Positions 1 to 13,101 of a DNA stretch of 64,000 bases are shown here, in pieces. Origin of the DNA: an uncultured Thermomicrobiales bacterium (GTDB taxonomy: Bacteria; Chloroflexota; Chloroflexia; Thermomicrobiales; CFX8). Below the pieces are notes generated by a model, which was given only the letters and a program-made list of their open reading frames with translations, did no database searches and had not been told where the DNA came from. The stretch covers positions 12,364-76,363 of the forward strand of contig CAYWXR010000013.1 of assembly GCA_964462545.1 (NCBI GenBank). The letters run 5' to 3'. Numbering within the stretch: the first letter of the stretch is position 1; each line of letters starts with the position of its first letter. Made by a program: the position numbers and the translations under genes.

Positions 1-158
1 GTGGCTGATTCCGGTGGCGATACTCGGGTCGGTGGTGGGCGCTAGAATACAGGTGCAGGTATCGGACAACGTCTTCCGGATTGCTGTCTCCAGCTTGCTG
101 ATTGTGGCCGGCGCCTTGTTGCTGGTCTGAACTCGCACTGCAACATGAAAGGATCACC

Positions 159-767
159 ATGGCTGACAGGGTGTTGAACGTCGGAATCCTGATCTTCCCG
201 CAAGTCGAGTTGCTCGATTTCTGTGGTCCATACGAAGCGTTTACCGCTGCCAGCATTGATGGCGAGCGATGCTTCAACACCTTTACCGTGGCTGAGACAC
301 TGGAATCGGTGGCAGCAAACGCCGGGTTGCGGACCCTGCCGGATTACACCCTGGATACCGCGCCGCCCATCGACATTCTGGTGGTGCCGGGTGGACAAGG
401 CACTCGCCGGGAGATCAATAACACGGCACTCATTGACTGGATTGCCACCATAGCGGGGTCAGCCACGCTGACTACCTCGGTCTGTACCGGGAGCTTCCTG
501 GTGGCGCAAGCCGGGTTGCTGGATGGTGGCAAGGCGACAACCCATTGGGGCAGCATCGAGCGGATGCGGGAGGCGTTCCCTTCCATTGAAGTGCACGAGG
601 GTGTCCGCTGGGTGGATAACGGCGCAGTGGTGAGTTCGGCCGGCGTCTCGGCAGGGATCGACATGTCGCTGTATGTCATCGAACGGTTGCTGGGGCGTGC
701 CGCTGCTGAAAGCTCGGCCCGGTTGATGGAGTACGAATACTGGCAGCCGTCTGACGCAACGGGATGA
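159..767 (+). CDS. DJ-1/PfpI family (class I glutamine amidotransferase-like) protein
   Basis: Lies in ORF 102-767. ATG at 159 is preceded by AAAGGA. N-terminus MADRVLNVGILIFPQVELLDFCGPYE and nucleophile-elbow-like VCTGSFLVA are typical of the ThiJ/DJ-1/PfpI fold. Confidence 0.75.
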   Translation: MADRVLNVGILIFPQVELLDFCGPYEAFTAASIDGERCFNTFTVAETLESVAANAGLRTLPDYTLDTAPPIDILVVPGGQGTRREINNTALIDWIATIAGSATLTTSVCTGSFLVAQAGLLDGGKATTHWGSIERMREAFPSIEVHEGVRWVDNGAVVSSAGVSAGIDMSLYVIERLLGRAAAESSARLMEYEYWQPSDATG

Positions 768-1447
768 ACCGGAACCCCAGACAAACACGTCGCCCGGCTC
801 GCGAGCCAAAACCGGGGAAGATCACCCGCGTTACCTACCAGGTGCGCAATCCGGAGCGGGCGAGTATTTATCTCGATGGAGAGTTTGCGTTCGGCCTGCC
901 GGCGATCGAGGTTGCGCGTCGGGGACTCGTGGCCGGGATGGAATTGACCGCAGCCGATATCAGCGAGCTGCTGGCGGTCGATGAAATTGAACGGGCCGTC
1001 GCTGCGGCGCTGGCGTTCGTCAGTTACCGCCCGCGGTCAATTCGGGAAACCCGCGACCGTCTCCGTCAAAAGGGGTATGAGCCCCCGGCTGTCGATGCAG
1101 CCATCGAGCGGATGACTGGTTGGGGCTATCTGGACGACGAGGCGTTTGCCCGTTGGTGGGTGGAGAACCGGGCGGAACATCGTCCTCGCGGGCGGAGTCT
1201 GCTGGCGAGTGAGTTGCGTGCCAAAGGTGTCGCCCAGGATATTACGAGCGAGGCCGTGGCGGAGGCCGGTATTGATGAATCCGGTGCCGCTTTGGAGTTG
1301 GCGCGCAAGCGGATCAGGTCGCTCACGGGGCTCGACCCGGCGACCCGCGACCGCCGGCTTGCTGCCTACCTGGGGCGCCGTGGATTTGGCTGGGATGTCA
1401 TTGGCCCGGTGCTGAAGGAGATCGCCGCCGAACTGGATGGGCAATAA
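764..1447 (+). CDS. recX: RecX family regulatory protein
   Basis: 227-aa ORF with an ATGA overlap with the upstream stop. Repeated helical RecX-type segments (GYLDDEAFARWWVENR, LRAKGV, RRLAAYLGRRGF). No recA is adjacent. Confidence 0.75.
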   Translation: MNRNPRQTRRPAREPKPGKITRVTYQVRNPERASIYLDGEFAFGLPAIEVARRGLVAGMELTAADISELLAVDEIERAVAAALAFVSYRPRSIRETRDRLRQKGYEPPAVDAAIERMTGWGYLDDEAFARWWVENRAEHRPRGRSLLASELRAKGVAQDITSEAVAEAGIDESGAALELARKRIRSLTGLDPATRDRRLAAYLGRRGFGWDVIGPVLKEIAAELDGQ

Positions 1448-1595
1448 CCTGGATTCGCCGGGTGACTGTCCGTTCAGGCGACTATGTTCACTGTAACTCC
1501 CGTACGGGTCATGGTATCCTGATCTAGGCCGTTGAGAAATCCTCACGAATGTAGCCCACCCGACATGCGAATAGCTTTGTAACAACATCGGATGT

Positions 1596-2255
1596 TTGAG
1601 GACGATGGCTGAGATTAGATGGTTTGGTCATGCCAGTTTCCGGATTCGTGCGCGTGAGGCGACGTTGATCCTTGATCCCGTGCCGCGCTCATCGGGGTAT
1701 CGAGCCGAGAAACAGAAGGCAGACATTGTCACTATTTCCCACGATCATCCCGGGCATACCGCGACCGAAAACATTTCGGGCGACTTCAAGATCATTCAGG
1801 GCCCCGGCGAATACGAAATGAACGAAGTCTTCGTGACGGGTATCCGTACCTATCACGATGAAGAACGGGGTGCGCAGCACGGGCGCAACACCGTCTACCT
1901 GATTGAGGTGGAAGGCATTACCTTCTGCCATCTTGGTGATCTTGGCCATCGTCTGACAGACGAGCAGGTTGAGGCCCTGGAATCGGTCGACGTGCTGATG
2001 GTCCCGGTTGGTGGTGGCACGATCCTCGATGCGGCGAAGGCTGCCGAGGTAATCGGGCAAATCGAGCCCCGCCTGGTGATCCCGATGCAGTATCGAACCG
2101 AGTATGGCGACAAGGACCTCGATGATCTCGACCGGTTCCTGAAAGAGATGGGGTCGCAGGAGGTGACTCCGGTCGATCGCCTTCAGATTCGACAATCAGA
2201 CTTGCCGGAATCGACCCAGGTGGTGGTCCTGGAACCGGCAGTCACCAGCAGATAG
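1596..2255 (+). CDS. Metal-dependent hydrolase, metallo-beta-lactamase fold (UPF0173-like)
   Basis: 219-aa ORF. MAEIRWFGHASFRIR, ISHDHPGH and HLGDLGH motifs match MBL-fold hydrolases. Start is either TTG 1596 or ATG 1605. Confidence 0.7.
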   Translation: MRTMAEIRWFGHASFRIRAREATLILDPVPRSSGYRAEKQKADIVTISHDHPGHTATENISGDFKIIQGPGEYEMNEVFVTGIRTYHDEERGAQHGRNTVYLIEVEGITFCHLGDLGHRLTDEQVEALESVDVLMVPVGGGTILDAAKAAEVIGQIEPRLVIPMQYRTEYGDKDLDDLDRFLKEMGSQEVTPVDRLQIRQSDLPESTQVVVLEPAVTSR

Positions 2256-4016
<1,761 letters not shown>

Positions 4017-4043
4017 AAATGTGGGAGAATCCTACATAATCCG

Positions 4044-4073
4044 TTGAGGATTTTTGGAAGATTGTGATATAGT
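4044..4073 (+). promoter_or_regulatory. Candidate sigma-70-type promoter of the atp operon
   Basis: TTGAGG (4044-4049), 18-nt spacer, TATAGT (4068-4073), about 35 nt upstream of the first atp gene. Pattern match only. Confidence 0.3.
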
Positions 4074-4105
4074 GCACGCGGTGTCAAGGGCGGGGTGGCA
4101 CAATC

Positions 4106-4414
4106 ATGGAGAACCCGCGCGAATCGCAGTCAACGAAGGACTGGCAGGCGATAGGCGCCGCATCTGGCCTCGGATGCACCGTCGCTGTCAGTCTGATTGT
4201 GTGTATAGGCGCCGGCATTTTTCTTGACCGGTGGCTGGATTCACAACCAGTAATGGTGCTAATCGGCATGGTGCTGGGTATGATTGCGGCGGGTTACGCG
4301 CTCTATGAACTTGTGGTGCTTGAACGTCCTGACCGGGGTAGGGTAAAGCTGAAGCGATCGATCCGGGCTGATTCGGGGGAGTCTGATCCGGAACGAGACG
4401 AAGCGTTGGGGTAG
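4106..4414 (+). CDS. AtpZ/AtpI-like small membrane protein of the F-ATPase operon
   Basis: 102 aa, two predicted TM helices (GLGCTVAVSLIVCIGAGIFLD, VMVLIGMVLGMIAAGYALY). It is the first gene of the atp operon. Confidence 0.6.
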   Translation: MENPRESQSTKDWQAIGAASGLGCTVAVSLIVCIGAGIFLDRWLDSQPVMVLIGMVLGMIAAGYALYELVVLERPDRGRVKLKRSIRADSGESDPERDEALG

Positions 4415-4426
4415 GAACGGTAGTAC

Positions 4427-5287
4427 ATGGATATTCATGTCTCGATCGCAGCTGAAACGTTGTTCTCGATCGGACCTTTTCATTTCACCAACGCATTCCT
4501 GACCATGCTCCTGGTGATGGCGTTCCTGGTGATCTTTGGTATGCGGGTCGCCCGCAAGGCAGCACTCCAGCCGAACAGCTACGGACAGTTCATTTTCGAA
4601 TCCGTTATCGACTTCCTGCTTGGCATGGTGGAATCCACTGCCGGCAAGCGAGTCGGTCGCCGCATCTGGCCGCTGATCGGTGGCCTCTTCATTTTCATCA
4701 TTGTTTCCAACTATTCCGGCCTGCTGCCGGGTATCGGCACGATCGGCATCTGGAAAGATGGCGGCCACGGCGAAGAGGCGGCGCTTGTTGCCTCGGCAAT
4801 GCCGGGCGCTGTTGATGCCGAACTCGCTGCGGCTTCCGAAGGCGGCCGCACCCTCGTGCCACTGTTCCGCTCCCCGAGTGCAGACCTGAACATGACCCTT
4901 GCCATGGCAATCCTGGCGGTGCTGATCGTGCAGGTAGCCGGTGTGATGGCGCACGGTGTTGGTGGTCGTATCAAGCACATGGCGGATCCGTGGTGGATCT
5001 TCCCGCTTGAAGTGATCGCAGAAGTTTCCAGAATCGTTTCACTCTCCTTCCGTTTGTTCGGAAACGTGTTTGCCGGCGAAATTCTGGTCGCCGTGATGGT
5101 CGGGATTGCTGCGGCTACCTGGTTCCTCGTTGCGACACTGGCGGTGCCGACAATCTTCCTGTACCTCGAAATTCTCTTTGGATTCGTTCAGGCGTTGGTG
5201 TTCTCCCTGCTGGTACTCATCTACCTCTCGCTGGCAACGGCCGGCGGGCATGGGGATCACGATGCCGAAGAGAGTCATGGCCATTAA
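4427..5287 (+). CDS. atpB: F0F1 ATP synthase subunit a
   Basis: 286 aa, polytopic. Conserved RLFGNVFAGE with the essential Arg. Sits between atpZ-like and subunit c. Carries an acidic/His-rich C-terminal tail. Confidence 0.9.
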   Translation: MDIHVSIAAETLFSIGPFHFTNAFLTMLLVMAFLVIFGMRVARKAALQPNSYGQFIFESVIDFLLGMVESTAGKRVGRRIWPLIGGLFIFIIVSNYSGLLPGIGTIGIWKDGGHGEEAALVASAMPGAVDAELAAASEGGRTLVPLFRSPSADLNMTLAMAILAVLIVQVAGVMAHGVGGRIKHMADPWWIFPLEVIAEVSRIVSLSFRLFGNVFAGEILVAVMVGIAAATWFLVATLAVPTIFLYLEILFGFVQALVFSLLVLIYLSLATAGGHGDHDAEESHGH

Positions 5288-5415
5288 ACCTGCGGAGTGT
5301 GGCAGCTCCGTGCCGACAAGTTGGGTCGTATAGCGTCGTTGGTAGGCGCGCGATGTGTAGTTGAGCCGGCTGTGAAGATGAAATCCAGGCTGGCTTACAC
5401 GAGGAGGAACGCAGG

Positions 5416-5661
5416 GTGTTTGGTGGAGTAGCCGATCCAGAGGCCGTACGACTGGCTGCGGCAGGGTTTGCAATTGGTGTTGGTGGTCTTGGCCCAGGTC
5501 TTGCCATCGGTTTTGCGGTGGGCAAGGCAATGGATGCAATCGGGCGCAACCCGGATGCTGAAGCAGCCGTTCGAACCACGATGATCATCGGTGCGGCGCT
5601 TGCAGAAGCTATCGCGATTTACGCATTCGTTATCGCGATTATCCTGATCTTCGCCGCGTAG
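5416..5661 (+). CDS. atpE: F0F1 ATP synthase subunit c
   Basis: 81-aa hairpin proteolipid (GLGPGLAIG ... AEAIAIYAFVIAIILIF). GTG start preceded by GAGGAGG. Confidence 0.9.
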   Translation: MFGGVADPEAVRLAAAGFAIGVGGLGPGLAIGFAVGKAMDAIGRNPDAEAAVRTTMIIGAALAEAIAIYAFVIAIILIFAA

Positions 5662-5855
5662 GGCTTCGCCCCACTGCGGAGCGCGCCTGCGTGAAGCGAT
5701 ATACGAAATTCCTGTGGTAGTAGATACGTGGGAATCCGCGTGGGGCGGGGGCGAGTATGCTCCCGACCCCGCTACTCCAGGGGCAATCGCCCGCAGCGCA
5801 CGGCTCATCGTCAGGGCATCGTGCCGGCGGACCGGAAGAAGGGGTAGTCCCGCGT

Positions 5856-6374
5856 ATGGGTGATTTAGGCATTACATGGCTGAATCTGGTTGTTCAGCTC
5901 ATTGCGTTCACGCTCTTTATTTGGGTGTTCTGGAAGTTCGCACTTGGCCCGATTACCCGGATGAAAGATGCTCGTGAAGAGCGCATCCGACAGAGCCTCG
6001 ACCGTGCACAAGCCATTGAGGTCGAGTTGCAGAACACTCGGGCTGCAAATGAGGAAGCGCTGAACGAAGCTCGCCGTGAAGCCCAGCAGATTCTGCAGAA
6101 CGCGCGTGAACTGGCGGAGCAGAACGTCGCCCGCTCCCAGGAGCAGGCAAAGGCTCAGGCAGACGAAATGCTCGAGAAGGCTCGCCTGGCGTTTGATGCT
6201 GAAGTGCGGCAGGCACGGATTGAGTTGCGGCAGGAAGTTGCCGATCTCGCCGTGGCGGCAGCCTCGAAAATTGTTCGCGCCAACATTGACCGCAACGATC
6301 AGATGCGTCTGATCGAGGAAGCGTTGGCGGAAGCTGGCGCAGGTAACGGAAGTGGCCCGGCGCCGCAGGCGTAG
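5856..6374 (+). CDS. atpF: F0F1 ATP synthase subunit b
   Basis: Lies in ORF 5757-6374. Internal ATG 5856 (MGDLGITWLNLVVQLIAFTLFIWVF) gives the usual single N-terminal TM helix plus a long charged coiled coil. The start is inferred. Confidence 0.8.
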   Translation: MGDLGITWLNLVVQLIAFTLFIWVFWKFALGPITRMKDAREERIRQSLDRAQAIEVELQNTRAANEEALNEARREAQQILQNARELAEQNVARSQEQAKAQADEMLEKARLAFDAEVRQARIELRQEVADLAVAAASKIVRANIDRNDQMRLIEEALAEAGAGNGSGPAPQA

Positions 6375-6416
6375 GCCGGCCAGGTACACGCAGCTAGTGC
6401 AGAAAGCCGGAGGATC

Positions 6417-6950
6417 ATGGCCTCACGGGGTGTAGCAAAACGATACGCACAGGCAGTCTTTGAGCTTGCCGAGGAGAGTGGAACCCACGAACAGTGGCTG
6501 GAAGATCTCTCCCGCCTGGCGGCTGCAGTTGAGGATCCGATCGTCGGCGGGTTCTTCACGAGCCCGAACGTTTCCAATGCCCGCAAGCGGGCAGCGATAG
6601 CGGAACTGCTCCCCGGTGATGATCGACAGTTGGCACGCAACCTGGCGGTGATGCTGACCGAGCGGCAACGCATGGATTCTGTGCCGCTTCTTTATGAAGT
6701 CTTCACGGACCTCGTCCTTGAATCCCGCGGTATCGCCATTGCCAATGTGACGACTGCTGTGGAGATGTCTCCGGAAGAAGCCCAGGTCGTTCGCGATGGG
6801 TTGAAGCGCGTCGTCGGACGGGAAGTCGAACTTCGAACTTCGGTGGATCCGGAAATTATTGGTGGCATGGTTGCCCGAGTCGGTGACCAACTGGTGGATG
6901 GCAGCATCCTCTCGCAACTGCACAGATTGCGCATGCAGATCGCACAATAG
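6417..6950 (+). CDS. atpH: F0F1 ATP synthase subunit delta (OSCP)
   Basis: 177 aa. RYAQAVFELA N-terminus and DPEIIGGMVARVGDQLVDGS C-terminal motif. Operon position fits. Confidence 0.9.
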   Translation: MASRGVAKRYAQAVFELAEESGTHEQWLEDLSRLAAAVEDPIVGGFFTSPNVSNARKRAAIAELLPGDDRQLARNLAVMLTERQRMDSVPLLYEVFTDLVLESRGIAIANVTTAVEMSPEEAQVVRDGLKRVVGREVELRTSVDPEIIGGMVARVGDQLVDGSILSQLHRLRMQIAQ

Positions 6951-7017
6951 CGATGCATTGGACGGCTGGTGAGGCGCCCTCGGGCGCATGGGACTGGCGG
7001 CATATCAGGAGGCGGTA

Positions 7018-8532
7018 ATGGCCGTACGCTCAACAGAGATTCGCGACATTCTCAAGGGGCAGATCCAGAACTTTGAAGCTGAAATGACAGTTACCAACGT
7101 TGGTAACGTCATCGAGGTCGGTGATGGTATTGCCACTGTGTATGGCCTGAGCGAAGTGAAGGCCAATGAGCTGGTGCAGTTCTCCAACGGGGTGATGGGC
7201 ATGGCCTTTAACCTCCAGGAGGATAGCGTCGGCGTCATTATTCTCGGTGATTACATCGAGATTGAAGAAGGCGACGAAGTTCGCTCGACCGGCCGCATCA
7301 TTGAGGTGCCGGTTGGCCCGGAACTTGTCGGCCGTGTGGTGAACGCACTTGGTGAGCCGATCGACGGTAAGGGACCGATTGCAACAACGGCCACCCGCGC
7401 TGTTGAGCGTATCGCCCCGGGTGTGATTGACCGCAAGAACGTGGACACTGCCCTCCAGACGGGTATCAAGGCAATTGACGCCATGATTCCGATTGGGCGT
7501 GGTCAGCGCGAGTTGATCATTGGCGACCGCCAGACCGGCAAGACCGCTGTTGCCCTGGACACCATCATCAACCAGAAGGGCACCGGCGTTATCTGCATCT
7601 ATGTCGCTATCGGTCAGAAGCGCGCCCAGGTCGCCCAGATCGTCGGCACGCTCGAGCGCTATGGCGCCATGGACTACACCATTGTTGTTTCGGCCTCGGC
7701 TTCTGACCCGGCCCCGATGCAGTACATCGCACCGTACGCTGGATGCGCCATGGGCGAGGAAGTCATGGAGAACGGCGGCAACGCCCTGATCGTCTACGAC
7801 GACCTCTCCAAGCACGCATGGGCGTACCGCGAAGTTTCGCTGCTGATGCGCCGCCCGCCAGGACGTGAAGCCTACCCGGGTGACGTCTTCTACCTGCACT
7901 CCCGCCTGCTCGAGCGTGCTGCTCGGTTGAGCGACGAGCGCGGTGGTGGCTCACTGACCGCACTGCCGATCATCGAGACCCAGGCAAACGACGTGTCGGC
8001 CTACATCCCGACGAACGTTATTTCGATTACCGATGGCCAGATCTACCTTGAGGCTGACCTCTTCTACGCCGGTATTCGACCGGCTGTGAACGTGGGTCTC
8101 TCGGTGTCGCGTGTGGGTGGCGACGCCCAGATTCGCGCAATGCGCCAGGTGGCGGGCCGGCTGCGTGGTGACCTTGCCCAGTACCGTGAGCTGGCAGCAT
8201 TCGCCCAGTTCGGTTCCGACCTTGACGCTGCAACGCAGCGCCAGCTGAACCGTGGTCAGCGCATGACCGAGTTGCTGAAGCAGCCGCAGTATCAGCCGCT
8301 CCCGGTTGAGAAGCAGGTCGTGGCTATCTGGGCTGCCGGTAATGGCCACATGGATGATGTTCCGGTCGAGCGGATTTCCGAGTTCGAAGCACAGTTGCTC
8401 GATTACATGGAAACGACCCATCCGGGCATCCTGTCGGCAATTCTGTCGGCCGGCCGGATTGAGGAAGAGACCGAAGCCCAGCTGGGTAAGGCAATTCAGG
8501 AATTCAAGTCCACCATGAACTTCGGCGCGTAA
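7018..8532 (+). CDS. atpA: F0F1 ATP synthase subunit alpha
   Basis: Walker [12 protein letters not shown] 7018 is 7 nt after AGGAGG. Full-length alpha-type sequence. Confidence 0.95.
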   Translation: MAVRSTEIRDILKGQIQNFEAEMTVTNVGNVIEVGDGIATVYGLSEVKANELVQFSNGVMGMAFNLQEDSVGVIILGDYIEIEEGDEVRSTGRIIEVPVGPELVGRVVNALGEPIDGKGPIATTATRAVERIAPGVIDRKNVDTALQTGIKAIDAMIPIGRGQRELIIGDRQTGKTAVALDTIINQKGTGVICIYVAIGQKRAQVAQIVGTLERYGAMDYTIVVSASASDPAPMQYIAPYAGCAMGEEVMENGGNALIVYDDLSKHAWAYREVSLLMRRPPGREAYPGDVFYLHSRLLERAARLSDERGGGSLTALPIIETQANDVSAYIPTNVISITDGQIYLEADLFYAGIRPAVNVGLSVSRVGGDAQIRAMRQVAGRLRGDLAQYRELAAFAQFGSDLDAATQRQLNRGQRMTELLKQPQYQPLPVEKQVVAIWAAGNGHMDDVPVERISEFEAQLLDYMETTHPGILSAILSAGRIEEETEAQLGKAIQEFKSTMNFGA

Positions 8533-8574
8533 AGCCCGGCGTATCGGACCTGACGAGGCAAGAGGGAGCAACCG

Positions 8575-9441
8575 GTGGCATCAGCTCGAGAAATCAGGAG
8601 ACGTATTCGTTCAGTTCAGAACACGTCTCAGATCACGCGCGCGATGGAGATGGTCGCCGCGGCCAAAATGCGCCGGGCCCAGCAGAACGTGCAGGCATCG
8701 CGCCCGTATTCGGAGCGCATCCGAACCATGATCTCGGCCCTTTCCGGGGTTTCTGAACTCGAATCGGGCAAGTTCCCGTTGCTCGAGCAGCGGCCGGTAA
8801 ACCGGATCGGGGCAGTGATCATCACCGCAGACAAGGGGCTGGCCGGTGCGCTCAACAGCAACGTCATCCGGCGTGGTGTGAACTTTGTCCGCGATCAGGG
8901 GGATACCCCGGTAGACCTGGTTACAGTCGGGCGCAAGGGGCGCGACTTCTTCACCCGTTATGGCCAGAATGTGACGGCGGAGTTCACCAACATGGGTGAC
9001 TGGCCGACGATTGATGATCTCCGGCCGATCGTGGATGTCTCGATCGGTGAGTTCATCGCCGGTAATGTCGACGCCGTTTATCTGATCTATTCGCAGTTTG
9101 TCAACGTGATGGTTCAGCGGCCGGTGGCGCTGCAGATTCTTCCGATCCAGCCTGTCGAGAGCGAGGATGCGGAAGAGATCGTCAGCGATTTCATCTTCGA
9201 ACCCAGCCGGGATGAAGTGCTGGAAGCGCTGTTGCCTCGCTACATTGAAGTGCAGCTGTACCAGGCGATGCTCGAGGCGATAGCCAGTGAGCATTCTGCC
9301 CGGATGGTTGCCATGCGGAACGCCAGCGAGAATGCCAAGGAGCTCGTCGGCGAGCTTTCCCTGGCATATAACAAGGCGCGCCAGACCCAGATTACCAACG
9401 AAGTTTCGGAGATTGCGGCCGGTGCGGCCGTCGGACGCTAA
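8575..9441 (+). CDS. atpG: F0F1 ATP synthase subunit gamma
   Basis: 288 aa. IRRRIRSVQNTSQITRAMEMVAAAKMRRAQ N-terminus and NKARQTQITNEVSEI C-terminus. Confidence 0.95.
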   Translation: MASAREIRRRIRSVQNTSQITRAMEMVAAAKMRRAQQNVQASRPYSERIRTMISALSGVSELESGKFPLLEQRPVNRIGAVIITADKGLAGALNSNVIRRGVNFVRDQGDTPVDLVTVGRKGRDFFTRYGQNVTAEFTNMGDWPTIDDLRPIVDVSIGEFIAGNVDAVYLIYSQFVNVMVQRPVALQILPIQPVESEDAEEIVSDFIFEPSRDEVLEALLPRYIEVQLYQAMLEAIASEHSARMVAMRNASENAKELVGELSLAYNKARQTQITNEVSEIAAGAAVGR

Positions 9442-9474
9442 AACGTTTTGGTCGGCGCACACCGCGCCGGGTGA

Positions 9475-10902
<1,428 letters not shown>

Positions 10903-10989
10903 ATCGCTCGATAGGCAGCATCGCACGGGGCGCAGGATGTCGCGCCCGCACGGGGACCGTACGTCCCGTTGGGGACAGGGAGAAAACCA

Positions 10990-11472
10990 TTGGTAACTAC
11001 CTCGTCATCGGGACCGAAACTGAGCGTGGAGATCGTGACCGGCGAACGGGTCGTGTACTCCGGAACCGGCATTGATATGGTGTCGGCTCCGGGTGCAGAG
11101 GGCCAGCTGGGTATCCTGCCACGCCACGCACCGCTGTTCAGCCTGCTTTCTGCCGGCGAACTCCGGATTGTCCGGGGCGGCGAGGAAGATGTGCTGACGG
11201 TGTTCGGCGGATTCCTGGAAGTCGCCAACAACCGGGTACTGGTTCTCTCCGACACCGCAGAGCGGGTGGAGGAAATCGATACCGCCCGTGCTGAAGCAGC
11301 CCGCCAGCGCGCCGAGGAAGCAGTTCGCCAGGCGCGGGCAAGTGGCCGGAGTGGCCTTGCCCAGGCCGAGGCAGAACTCCGCCGGGCACGTGTCCGGCTG
11401 GCCGTTGCCAATCGCCACGGCCAACGGCGACGCCGCTCCAGCGATGGCAATCCGGGCGCACCGCGTTCCTGA
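10990..11472 (+). CDS. atpC: F0F1 ATP synthase subunit epsilon
   Basis: Lies in ORF 10969-11472. KLSVEIVTGERVVY ... ILPRHAPL is the epsilon signature. TTG 10990 follows GGGAGA by 6 nt; TTG 10969 is the alternative. Basic C-terminal extension. Confidence 0.8.
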   Translation: MVTTSSSGPKLSVEIVTGERVVYSGTGIDMVSAPGAEGQLGILPRHAPLFSLLSAGELRIVRGGEEDVLTVFGGFLEVANNRVLVLSDTAERVEEIDTARAEAARQRAEEAVRQARASGRSGLAQAEAELRRARVRLAVANRHGQRRRRSSDGNPGAPRS

Positions 11473-11496
11473 TCGCAGGCAATATAACGAGTTTCC

Positions 11497-11530
11497 AGAC
11501 GGGAGTGGTTTCCACTCCCGTCTTTCGTGT
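11497..11530 (+). terminator. Intrinsic terminator of the atp operon
   Basis: Perfect 12-bp stem AGACGGGAGTGG / CCACTCCCGTCT with a TTT loop, followed by TTCGTGT, 25 nt after the atpC stop. Confidence 0.75.
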
Positions 11531-11661
11531 ATCCCGAGCCGTTCACAACGTTCTCTCAGAATGTACCGGAAATGCAGTGACACCAAGGCAACGTTGAATC
11601 CTGAGGATGTACACTCATCACGGAACTATCGGGATACCAGAAGGTAAGGGAGCATCTGATC

Positions 11662-12972
11662 GTGAGCAGTGGCGCCGGAACCGCTATTCGCCCTGACATT
11701 GCCGGACATGAACCGGCCGCCCGGATCAGTATCCAGGGAGGCAGGCCGCTTAGCGGCATGGTTACCGTCAGCGGAGCCAAGAACGCTGCGCTTCCAATGA
11801 TGGCGGCAGCATTACTGACTGATGAACCCTGTACCCTCGAAAATGTTCCGATGATCGAGGACATTTTCGTCATGGCGAACCTGCTGGAGAGCCTCGGAGC
11901 CGGCGTTGAGGTTGACCCTGCCAACCACCGGGTTCGCATCCACGCTGCCAATATTGTCACCAATACCACCCCTGCGGATGTTGTTGAGCGTATGCGTGCC
12001 TCGTTCCTGGTGTCTGGCCCGCTGCTGGCCCGCACCGGCAAACTGGAGACGGTTTCGCCTGGTGGCTGCAAGCTCGGTAGCCGCCCGGTGGATGTCGATG
12101 TCCGTGGCTTCAAGCGCATGGGCGCCGACGTATTTGTGGGCGATGGCTACTACCAGATGGAATCCGGCCGCCTGCAGGGCGCCGAGATCTATATGGACTA
12201 CCCCAGCCACACCGGCACTGAAAATCTCTTGATGGCCGCGACTCTTGCCCGTGGCTCGACAACCATCGTCAACGCTGCGTCCGAACCGGAGATTGTTGGT
12301 CTGGGCAATGCGCTGCGGGAGATGGGCGCCCGGATTCGCGGTGTCGGCACTCCGCATATCAGCGTCGAGGGTGTCGCCCGGTTGCGGGGCTTCCATGCTC
12401 CGGTTATTCCTGACCGCCTGGAGGCCGGCACCTTCGCCATTGGTGCTGTTGTGACTGGTGGTGAGATCGAACTGCGTTCGATCAACGAGAAGGACATGCT
12501 GCCGCTGACCTACAAGCTGCGCGAGGCCGGGGCAGAGGTCTGGCTCCGCGAAGGCGCGATGCTTGTGCGGCCCGGCTCCAGGCTGGAATCGGTCGAGATT
12601 CAGGCGCTGCCGTTCCCTGGTTTCCCGACCGACCTGCAGGCAGCGTTCGCGGTGCTGATGACCCAGGCAGAGGGCACCAGCCGGATTTATGAGCGCATCT
12701 TCAACGACCGGCTGCGCTATCTTTCCGAACTGGAGAAGATGGGCGCCCAGACGGTGCTGGTCAATAACCAGGAAGCAAAGATTACTGGCCCGACTGCCCT
12801 TCACGGTGCAGACGTTACGGCGCTGGATATCCGCTCCGGTGCGTGTCTGGTGCTGGCGGGTTTGATTGCAGACGGCACGACCACCGTCGATCAGATTTAT
12901 CATCTCCGGCGCGGATACGAGGATATTGTTGGCAAATTTGCCTCGCTCGGTGCGGATATCCGCTACGTCTGA
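11662..12972 (+). CDS. murA: UDP-N-acetylglucosamine 1-carboxyvinyltransferase
   Basis: 436 aa. GAKNAALP, a PGGCKLGSRPVD active-site Cys loop, and the C-terminal RGYE motif. Confidence 0.93.
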   Translation: MSSGAGTAIRPDIAGHEPAARISIQGGRPLSGMVTVSGAKNAALPMMAAALLTDEPCTLENVPMIEDIFVMANLLESLGAGVEVDPANHRVRIHAANIVTNTTPADVVERMRASFLVSGPLLARTGKLETVSPGGCKLGSRPVDVDVRGFKRMGADVFVGDGYYQMESGRLQGAEIYMDYPSHTGTENLLMAATLARGSTTIVNAASEPEIVGLGNALREMGARIRGVGTPHISVEGVARLRGFHAPVIPDRLEAGTFAIGAVVTGGEIELRSINEKDMLPLTYKLREAGAEVWLREGAMLVRPGSRLESVEIQALPFPGFPTDLQAAFAVLMTQAEGTSRIYERIFNDRLRYLSELEKMGAQTVLVNNQEAKITGPTALHGADVTALDIRSGACLVLAGLIADGTTTVDQIYHLRRGYEDIVGKFASLGADIRYV

Positions 12973-13101
12973 GGCGGCGAAACCACTGTGATAGACTCGA
13001 CCGGAGAGGCTGTGGGGCAACTTGCGCTCCACGGCAGGTTTTCATGCCACGCCGCTACCTGGTAAGTACCGTCATGCCGGCCTGGCCTTGGGATACGAGA
13101 A

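Noticed and set aside
1-45. Possible 3' end of an upstream + strand gene (frame 1 is open to TAG at 43-45).
   Set aside because: Only 14 codons are visible, with no recognisable motif, so it cannot be supported.
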